Below, in pieces: positions 53,704-64,000 of a stretch of DNA of 64,000 nucleotides. Within the stretch, counting starts at the first letter, position 1; every line of letters starts with the position of its first letter. The notes beneath the pieces were generated by a model. It ran no database searches. It was not told the origin of the DNA and saw only the letters and a list, made by a program, of their open reading frames with translations. Made by a program: the position numbers and the translations under genes. Source of the DNA: Octopus sinensis (lineage: Eukaryota); assembly GCF_006345805.1 (NCBI RefSeq), contig NC_043006.1:55986001-56050000 (forward strand), given 5' to 3'.

Positions 53704-54298
53704 GGCGCAGTAGTGGCTGTGTGGTAAGTAGCTTGCTTATCACATGGTTCCGAGCTCAGTCCCACTGCGTGGCACCTTGGCTAAGTGTCTTCTACTAAAG
53801 CTTCAGGCAGACCAAATCCTTGTGAGTGGATTTGATAGACAGAAACTGAAAGAAGCCCGTCGTGTATATGTATATGTGTGTATGTGTGTGTTTGTGTGTC
53901 TGTGTTTGTCCCACCAACATCGTTTGACAACCGATGCTGGTGTGTTTAGTCCCCATAACTTTGCAGTTCGACAAAAGAGACCGATAGAATAAGTAAAAGA
54001 GTAATTCTTTTATTCTTTTACTTGTGTCAGTCATTTGACTGTGGCCATGGTGGAGCACCACCATTAGTCAAGCAATTCGATTCCAGGACTTATTGTTTGT
54101 AAGCCTAGTACTTATTCTATTGGTCTATTGTGCCGAACCGCTAAGTGACGTGGACGTAAACACACCAACATTGGTTGTCAAGCGATGCTGGGGTGGGGTG
54201 GGTCGATGACAGACACAGACACAAATAACAAATACACACATACATATATATATATACATACATTATACATACATACATATACATATACATATATATAC

Positions 54299-54375
<77 letters not shown>

Positions 54376-54670
54376 ATGAGAGGCCTCTTCCGTTTCCGTG
54401 TACCAAATCCACTCACAAGGCTTTGGTCGACCCGAGGCTATAATAATAATAATCCTTTCTACTATAGGCGCAAAACCTGAAATTTGGGGCCGGGGGCTAG
54501 TCGATTACATAGACCCCAATGTTTCACTGGTACTTTTTTATCGATCCTCAAGGATGAAAGCAAAGTTGACCTTGGTGGAATTTAAAGGCAGAACGTAGCG
54601 GCAGACGGAAAGTCCATGGGGACAGACTAGCAGTTCGTTTTTTGCACTTCCTCGATACTAATTCTCTGTA

Positions 54671-55138
54671 TCTTATATATTAAAAGGCAGGTTGTCCGTG
54701 AGTTGTGTGAAACACTTCTACTCCTACAATTTTCAACCAAATTTCACCAAATTTGACATGTGTGCTCTCTTTGAGTTAGGATGATTTTTCTTATAATTTT
54801 TCTTCGAAATTCTGCGCCCCCAACATAATTAGACTACTCTCAATTCGCCTAGGTTTGGAACCCACATCGTCTATGCAACGGTATCGCGTTTGATCTTATA
54901 TATTAAAAGCAAATTGTGTGTGTATGTGTTGTGTAAACCATTCTACTCTTACAATTTCCAACCGAATTTCACCAAATTTGATGTGTAGAGCACACATCAA
55001 ATTTGACCTAGGATGCTTATAATTTTTTTCTTCAAAATTTCGCGCCCCCAACATAAATATACTACTCTCAATTCGCCTAGGTTTTGAACCCATCTCTTCT
55101 ATGCAACTGTACGCCTTTAATCTTATATATTAAAAGCA

Positions 55139-55213
<75 letters not shown>

Positions 55214-57115
55214 GTGGGACCCACTTCTACTCCTACAATTTCAACCGAATTTCACCAAATTTGACATGTGTGCTCTCTTTGACTTAGGGAGTTGAGGCAT
55301 GTGATGGCCTTTGCCGAACAGCTGTTGTTGGATGCGGAAAGAGTACGACTCTCGTCCGAATCCATGATATAGATTGTACTACCTTCCTCTTTCGCCAAAG
55401 AAAAGAAGGTAGCTTTTCTCTGCGTAGTAACTATACTGAAAGATGTGGTATGGAAGACGCGAGCAAAAGAGATTGCGACAGGTCAATTCATCTCCGGACG
55501 TGGGCTGGTGAATTACTTCGCTGCCCATCTGTCCAGCAAGATCCGCCTGGAGAGGAGGAGCCTGCCGCTAAGAGCCTTTGGAAAAAGATGGACGACAGTG
55601 GTAGGAAAGATGAGAATGCACGAGGCTGTGCTTGCACGGTCGGTCGGAGCATAAAAGGAAGGAAAGAGATTACCAAAAAGGGATAACCAACCGGCGAGTT
55701 AACACATTAACCCGGACCCAAGACTCATCCGATCATCATTTATATTTATATTTTTAACCCCCATTCACAATATATGTAAATCCATCCGGTTTTTCACACT
55801 GTATGTAAGAAGCGAGTTTGTACCCTGAATGTCCCTTGTCTGTCCTTGTAACGTCCCTTCTATGTAAAACCTTTATAGGTTAATAAAGAAATATCTCTTT
55901 GACTTAGGATGATTTTCCTTGTAATTTTTTCCTCAAAATTCTGTGCCCCCAGCATCAATAGACTACTCTCAATTCACCTAAGATTTGGCGTGAGCCATCG
56001 AAAAAACGTGATACACACCCAGCTGGAAAAAATCAATACTTCTCGACTGCTTGCACTGTCCTGTGAGTTACGATTTGCCTCTGTTTTCACGTGAGCGCTC
56101 TTTTTCATATAATTATTCCAACTTAAACTAACCACTTCAAAACTCTTACCCAAATTTAAAACTCCTTAATTTGGTCTGTTTGATTAACATCTTTGCCAAC
56201 TACATTTTACTATTTTTTGGGTGCTACACATTCACCGCTTTTTCCTTGGGACTTTTTCTATTGCGTAAACTGAAGTAAACGTATGCATGCAAATGACTCT
56301 GCCGAGACTCCGCCAGGAGGGACTCTCTCAATGCACTTAGGATGGCTTCAGCGCGAAGAAGGGAAAGTGAAGAGCAGCGTTGTGATCGGTTAGCCCGTAT
56401 TACTGCACAACGAGCTGCCCAGAGCAACGAACAACGTTCAGCATTCCGAACAAGAAAAGCTTCCTCAACTGCTGCTGCACGAGCTTCAGAGACTGCAGCG
56501 CCACGTGCAGATCGACTTACAAGAGATGCTTCCTCAACTGCGGCTGTACGAGCAGCACATACTGCAGCACCACGCGTAGATCGACTTACAAGGGATGCTT
56601 CCGCAACTGCTGTTGCACGAGCTGAAGGTCATTCTTCTCGCGTTGGGCAATGACAGCATTCAACTACGATCTTACGATTGACTACAATAATCACCCTCAC
56701 GTTCAAATAGGCTGCGTGTCCACAATCTGCCGATTTTGTGGAGCTAAAAAATGGCCTGAAGAAACTCCCGTCATGTGCTGCTCCAACAGTAATATTACAG
56801 TACCTCTTCTACAAAATCCTCCACCCCTTATGAGTGATCTTTAGACAAGGGCGTCTCCTTATTCTCATGACTTTCTTAAGCGGATACGTGCATACAACTG
56901 CACGTTCCAAATGACTTCCTTCGGCGCCAACATCATACGATATGGGCATTTCATGCTTTCCTTTAAAGTGCAGGTGCAGATTTATCATAGAATTGGTTCC
57001 CAGCTGTCGCATGACGATGCCTCGCCTTAGTTTCTTCAGCTCTACTTCCTGGGAGAGTATACTGATCACGTATACTTAACAAATAGCCCCTGGCAACGCC
57101 GGATACGCCTGCTGG
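54671..57115 (+). mobile_element. Helitron with triplicated 5' end and truncated Rep
   Basis: A/TCTTATATATTAAAAG at 54671, 54894 and 55121; Rep N-terminal motifs AFNYD, CRFCGAKKWPEETPVMCC, YN..FQMTSFGA and QIYHRIGS; 3' hairpin then CTGG/T at 57112-57116. Confidence 0.85.
55289..55893 (+). mobile_element. 5'-truncated Tx1-like LINE nested in the Helitron
   Basis: 15-bp TSD TCTCTTTGACTTAGG at 55274-55288 and 55894-55908; C-terminal peptide similar to the end of ORF2 (VWKTR..ISGRGL..RLERRSLP); ends AATAAAGAAA. Confidence 0.88.
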
Positions 57116-57179
57116 TATAGATAAAGTGTAATATCCACAGATCCTATTGCCCGTCTGATAGAGGACTGTGAGAACCTAA

Positions 57180-57575
57180 TGATATTCTAGGTGCAAGGCG
57201 CCCAGTCACGTCTGTCATTCACTCAGGACTGTTGCTCCATCAAAGTGATGAGTTGTGGCAAAACGTGTCTCACAAACGGAGCTCACACACGGTCACCGTC
57301 AAGAAATCGTTACATATCTGCGCATCAAAAGCCATGGCATTCTTTGCCTGACCATTGGAGCGCGTCTCTTCCACTAGAAAATGAACAAGAATCGCTCCAA
57401 CATAATCAAGCAGTAACTGGGGCAAGGCACGACAGTCGGACAATAAATGCTGACGGAGGCGATGTAGGCATTCGCTTCTTCTGCCCGTCCTTTCAGGGAC
57501 AGCTTCCACTCTGCCCATTTCTGGGTAAGATTGGCCACACTCTGATTAACAGCATTAGGAATTTTCCCGTTCTGT
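57180..57575 (-). mobile_element. Tx1-like RT C-terminal fragment
   Basis: KWAEWKLSLKGRAEEANAYIAS..TVVPCP..LERFLF matches ORF2 of the first element. Confidence 0.8.
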
Positions 57576-57957
57576 GTTGAAACTGAATCAATCAAAAATT
57601 CATGTCTATGCTTGAAAATTAGTGTTGGTTTGTTTACGTCCCCGTAACGTAGCAATTGGGCAACAGAGAAAGTGAGTAAAAGTACCTGGCTTGGCAAAAG
57701 AGTTAGTATTAGGATTGAGTTGACAAAATCTTTCAAGGGGATGCCCTAACATGCCTACTGTCTAATGACTTAAAGAAGTATTAGATTAAAAAGAAGTCAC
57801 GGATTTATGTCACTAACTATCTCTACTGAGGAAATAAGTTTAGGGATACATACACAGAATTCAATACGTAGTAAATTTATTGCATACATGCATATATGTT
57901 AATGCTTATGTATATACGTGTTTGTAAACTCTCTCTCTCTCTCTCACACACACACAT

Positions 57958-58013
<56 letters not shown>

Positions 58014-58348
58014 CATTTAACATACACAGTATTTAAATAAAATCTACTAATGGTTCCATGTCGTAGAAAATCGATAATTTGACAGATTTATACAACGTGT
58101 CTTGTGTATGCAACCAATCGTTCGGGTTCAGTGCACCTGTTTAGTTGTACATGAAAATGAGGATTGCTTAGAGACACAAGGCACGTTATATAAATCTGCC
58201 GCATTATCATGTTTCCATGTCATGAAACTGTCAGTAGCTTTTATCTGAATATAATGCGTATATTAAAAGATATTTATCTCACAGTCGATGGAATACTTTT
58301 TGGTGCTATCTAGAATGTAACAGTTATATATAAATATATATATATATA

Positions 58349-60630
58349 TGATTTAGAGAAAAACCACCATTAAATAATTCAATAAAGATGTTATTCACAC
58401 CATATAGAAAAGATAAACAATAAAATATCCTTATTTTAAATCAATAAATAAGTTTTTTTTTATAGTATATCTTTTCTATATGGTGTGAATAACATCTTTC
58501 TTTATTGAATTGTTTAATGGTGATCTTTCTCTAAATTATATACATATATTATATATTGTGGAATTTCATTTAGAATTGTTAATTTGAATTTTCCCTGTAA
58601 GTTTTGGAATTATATTCCCTACTACTATTATTATAATATTTGTATTTATATTTATAACTAACGTTTATCGATTGTATTTAACTCTCATTTTCGTTAGTTA
58701 TGGAACTTACAGGTAAGATAGAACCGCTATTTTGGAATTCATCTTTGAAGGATATTCCTATACCATCTAGAAAAGAATATATTTTGAAACTTATTAATAA
58801 TATTAAAGATTTTATTAATAGGATTAAATGGAAAGCCTACTACAATAATTGTAACATATCTAATTTTAACGATGTAGAGAATGCTAATTATATCAATTCT
58901 AAATTTAAATCTAGAAATGAACCCCCGTATAATAGAGATATACAGGTTTTAGAGGATAATATTTGGAAGGTGGTGAAAAATGTTAAATTTCATAAATACC
59001 CAAACAGACTTAATGAATATCTAAGAAATCTAACTATTAGAATTAAAGAAATGCGTAATATGAAAGAAATTATAGTACAATCAGATAAAACTAGGAACCT
59101 GTATAAACTAGATGTTAAATTATATGATAACCTCCTAGAGACAGTAATAAATAAAAAAAATATAAAATTGTTCCAGAAAATACTCTTTATAATATAAATA
59201 AGCACTCTAAATTAATCATGAAATAAAAGTTAGATAATAAAACTGAAACTTATGCACCCTAGAATTACTTTAAAAGACCATAAGGATAATTTTTATTCTG
59301 ACCCAAAAGTTAGACTTACTTGTCCATGTAAATCAGATCTAGGTAAATTAAGTAAGATCATTTTAGATAAATATATAGATTAAATGAAAATAATTACCTT
59401 AAACTTTGGACTGGTACTAATGATACTTTAAAATGGCTTAATAATATTAAAGATAAAGATAGATATAAATTAATTCGAATTGTCATAGATAATTATCATT
59501 CTTCTATTAAGAGATAGTACTCAATAAGGCCTTAATTTATGCTATGAATAAGGTAGGAATGACTTATGATGAAGTTAATGTTGTTAAAAGACTAGGAAAT
59601 CGTTGATTAGATATAATAATAAATGGTGGGCTAGGAAGGATACTAGGAACTATTTTGATATACCTATGGGGGTACCCGATTCTGCACAGGCAACTGATTT
59701 AGTAGGTATTTATTTATTATCGGAACTTCAATTAGAAAAATTAAAGTTGGAAGGTGGTATATATAGGGATGATCTTTTATTAATAACTAAGAATTGCACC
59801 AATATATCACTAGAATTATATAAGAAGAAACTATATAGCTTTTTAAAAGATATGGATTGAGTATTACTATATATAATGAGAACTATAATGCTAATTATTT
59901 AGATGCTAATTTTAATTTAATAACAGGTAAAACCCAACCATTCCATGAAATTAATGAAAACGTTAGATATATTAATGCTAATATTAAATCATCCACCTTC
60001 TATTAAGAAATAATTAATAGATAATATAGGTAAAAGAATATCGTTGCTTTCTTCTAATTTTGAGATTTTCCCAAAACACGCACCTTATGATAATGAAGCC
60101 ATGCGAGAGGCAGGATATAATAATAATATTAAATTCTTTAATAATTCTAAATATGAATATAATATAAAAGATTATAATATAAATGATTCCTATATTTTTT
60201 ATAATAATAAACCTAACATTAAGAATTATGATACGTTTTATTTAGGTAATAATGGTATTAATAATATGTATTATGATAATACAAAACATAAATATAATAA
60301 TAGACTAAAACATAAGATTAAATTTAATTAATTTAATGATAATAATAAATTTAATAATATAAAAAATAAATATAATAATATTAATAAAAAGAACAAAATT
60401 TGGTTAATTATTCCTTATGGAGCTCAAGTTAAAACAAACATTATTAACTGTAATTGAAGTATTGATTAGAAATAATAAAAACTATAACATTTTTCTTGTA
60501 ATAATTTTGGAGGTGGTTATTCTACTACTAATAATGTAGGGAACATTATTTCTTTTAATGAATTTTAGCTAAATAAGTTTTACAAAACAAATCAAACAAT
60601 TATTCCAATGATACTACTACTACTACTACA

Positions 60631-60712
<82 letters not shown>

Positions 60713-62045
60713 TAATTAATTGTACTAATTAGTGATAAAACTAATTGTAAATTTAATAATAAATGTAATTTCGATGATGTAGTATATAAATGTGTAGTGA
60801 CTTTAATTGATGATAATAGGAATGGTTATAATTTAAATGCAATTTACATAGGGTTGACTTCTAATAAAATTAAATTACGGGTGGCTCAACACATGAATTC
60901 ATTTAAGAATAGAAATTTAATTAATTCTACTGGCCTTAGTAAATATATATGGAAACTTAAATCTAAAAATATTAAGTACAATTTAAATTGGGAGATAGTT
61001 TGTAAGGCAGAATCATATCGAATAGGTAGTAATTTTTGTTTATTATGTACTAACGAATGTAAGGAGATATTATTAACTAATAATAATAATTTAATTAATT
61101 TCCTCAACGAACGAAAAATTAAATGCAGACATAAATTAAATTACTTATATAATAAGTTTAGCTAATTTGTGTATATATATAAACCCTGTTTTATGTTACT
61201 AATTGTATTAGTTATAATTTGTAGTAGTAAAATGTGTATAAATTAGCACGAGATTATATAGTCTATATTATATAATTAGAATATGTTGAAAATTAGATGT
61301 TTATAAAATAAATAAATTAATTAATGAAAAGAGATTAAATTATAGAATTTTAGCTTAATTTATGTTTATTATATTATGTTTTTAACGTATTTAGTATTTA
61401 AATTATTTAGACTTTACAATTTTTCCAGTTAATAGTATATTAAAGTTAGTTTTTCCTTTTTCTTACAGCTAAAATACATTTGTAATTTTAATTTTTTATA
61501 GCTTATATACATATTTCTATATATTTCTTCTATAATTCTATTTACGCCATATTTTCACGCGATATATTTCTTATATTTCTTGTAATCGCTAAGTTCGACG
61601 TTTTACGTTTAAATTGGTAGTTAACGAAAAATCCTTCGACAAGATAAGTTTATATTTTTATTTTAAGACGTGTTGTTAAATGCTTTTCGATTCTTTATAG
61701 TTAATAAACGTATTTTTTATATATTTATTCGATAATTAGTATAAGTTAAGTACATTTATTGTATTATTATTTTTTATTATTTATTATCTTAGACCTGATG
61801 ATTGACTATATTTTTTAATAGAATTAATTTTAGTTCGATTAAATTCTGAATCGAATTGATTTTATTTTTATTATCTATTTGAAAATATAGCCATGAAACT
61901 TGCGTAGTTTTTTTTTTACTACTGTTTACTATTTATTGTACATTATTGATGTAAAATAAGGTGTTTTTATAGTATATTTTTTCTATATGGTGTGAATAAC
62001 ATCCTTCTTTATTGAATTGTTTAATGGTGGTCTTTTCTCTAAAGT
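58349..62045 (+). mobile_element. Full-length but disrupted Penelope-like element (RT + GIY-YIG) with terminal repeats
   Basis: SLKDIPIPS, SDKTRNLY, FDIPMG, GIYRDD and IYIGLT..SKYIWKLK..CLLCTNE. Direct repeats at 58455-58535 and 61965-62043, plus an inverted copy at 58352-58415. Absent from the mirror arm. Confidence 0.88.
61791..61910 (+). ncRNA. Type I hammerhead ribozyme motif with long stem II
   Basis: AGAC-CTGATGA-TTGACTATATTTT..AAAATATAGCCAT-GAAAC-TTGC-GTA-GTTT. Confidence 0.7.
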
Positions 62046-62641
62046 ATATACATACTATGAATTACGGTGCATCCCATGGTGAAGAAGCATCTCTTCTGCA
62101 ACGTGGGATGCACCGTAACTCGATCGTTGCGATGAATAAAGTTTCCAGTACACTCTGGGGGTATTTTAGTTTTACAGGGAATGAGCCTTTTACATTGAAG
62201 TAGCGATAACCTGACTTGGAAACTCTAGCAAATAATTTATTGAGCATTTTGCCGTTTATATGTTGTAGATTTACACTTTACTTTTTCAGCTGTACCTGTG
62301 CATTGCTGTTTCAGTTGCACAGTTTAGAGTGTAGGATTCCGAATCCTGTATCACCAAATCGCCTCTGTAGTTTTCTTTTCTCACGTCTTCCTCGTGATGT
62401 GTGAAGTTGTTCTCGGTGTTACGTTTCATAGCTACAACGATCTGTAAGATACTTTTAGCAGGAATAAAATTTAATTTTTAAATTACGTACCCATGCTGGT
62501 TCAGGCTTTCTGCTTGAATCTCGAATACGTGGCTTCAGCTCTTTGCAAAACACTAGTGATGTAATAGCTGAGATGTATATCAAAATTTCTTTTTCCTTTT
62601 CTTTCTTTCAGAATTTCATCAACAGTTGAGTCATTCATATC

Positions 62642-64000
62642 ATGGAAGGATTGAAATATATTTTCATAATTTCTTTGTTAAAAACTTATATCTATGCGCA
62701 AGATCCGATAATTGATACTACCACTGGGAAGATCAAAGGATCAACCATTTCAGTTCAGAATGTTGATCTTGATGTATTTCTTGGAATACCATTTGCTAAA
62801 CCTCCTGTTGGTAATCTAAGATTTAGAAGACCTGAACCAATTGAAAGGTGGAGTGGTATAAAAGACACCAAGGAGCATGTTTCGGCATGTGCACAACAAG
62901 CACAGGGAGTTGTTGATCCTGAGAGTTTATGGAACCAGAAACTAATATAAGTGAAGATTGTCTTTATTTGAATATTTGGGCACCAACAGAATCACGGAAA
63001 TCTCGCTCAAATTTAATCACGATGATTTGGATTCATGGAGGTGCATTTGTTTCTGGGTCAAGTACGCTGGAAATGTATGATGGAAAATGGTTAGCTACCA
63101 GTCAAAATATTATCGTTGCATCGCTAAATTACAGATTAGGGCCCTTTGGTTTTCTTTCCTTAAATAACGAGCGTGCTCCGGGTAATATGGGATTGCTTGA
63201 TCAAAACCTCGCTATAAAGTGGATTCATGATAATATTGCATCTTTCGGAGGAGACCCTGGTAGCCTGACACTGTTTGGACATAGTGCTGGTTCAGCATCT
63301 GTTGGTTTTCATACTATTTCCCCACTTTCTCGGAAGCTTTTCAGGAATGCTATCATGATGAGTGGGTCAACCACCTCCGACTGGGCAATTAGATCAATAG
63401 ATAGAAACATCGATAGAGCAAAAGCAATGGCTTCTGCTCTTAAATGTACAGTGGATAACACTAAATTGATGTTAGATTGCTTTTTAGAAGCTGATGCTAA
63501 AAAAATAGCTGAAGCCCAATCTTTCAAGTTAGATGACTACTTACAAGTTACATTCACTCCTGTTGTCGACAATTACTTCTTATCAGGAAATCTAAATGAA
63601 ATTCTGAACGATAAAACCGTGCAAAAAAATGTGCTAACTGGTTTTGTCGAAAATGAAGGAAGTATTTTTGTTCTGACGGCATTTCCCAAAGAAATCCCTG
63701 TAAATGGGATTGCGACGATGGGAACAGATACTGCACATAACTAATGAAAAGTATTACTCAGCCAACATATCTAAATTCTCTGCAAATGGATGTCATCACC
63801 TATCTTTATGGTTCTCGTGTCTTCTCCGTTACTGAAGCTGAAAAATACAGATACATAATAGAACAAGTAGCAGGAGATACAGCATTTACATGTCCTGCTT
63901 TTAAATTCGCCGAGCAATTCAGCCGCCATTCCAACGTCTACATGTATTCGTTCGAGTTTCGATCGCGATTAAATCCCTGGCCGAAATGGTTGGGTGTAGT
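62642..64000 (+). CDS. Cholinesterase-like gene B main exon (paralog of gene A), two single-base frameshifts, runs off window; may be a pseudogene
   Basis: Near-identical to 24943-26423; acceptor at 62609-62611; frame breaks at about 62935 and 63740. Confidence 0.85.

Overview
Animal genomic DNA, very probably a coleoid cephalopod (Octopus-type tRNA-derived SINEs, very dense microsatellites); this is an inference from repeat content. The only clear host genes are two near-identical cholinesterase/carboxylesterase-family paralogs lying head-to-head. Copy A is on the minus strand and complete: coding exons 26423-24943, 18397-18213 and 14493-14387, 590 aa, with a signal peptide, an S-E-H triad and a GPI-type C-terminus. 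Copy B starts at 62642 on the plus strand, runs off the window edge and has two single-base frameshifts. The two copies form the arms of a roughly 40 kb degenerate inverted duplication whose mirrored blocks converge between about 38.3 and 45.6 kb. The rest is transposon-derived: an almost intact Tx1/L1-clade LINE (1-4770) plus relics, mariner/Tc1 elements, a Chapaev3-like element, Helitrons, R4/Dong-like LINEs, Penelope-like elements and SINEs. Highlights: (i) about ten minimal type I hammerhead ribozyme motifs, intact or decayed, in Penelope-type or retrozyme-like repeats next to (TA)n tracts, including a three-ribozyme palindromic cassette at 29.5-30.7 kb; (ii) an intronic hairpin whose loop carries a 39-nt antisense copy of the exon-3 acceptor, with an A-C mismatch at a codon A (candidate ADAR editing or splicing guide); (iii) a triplicated splice donor; (iv) an atypical, aromatic-poor active-site gorge. 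All alignments and folds were done by eye and need computational confirmation.
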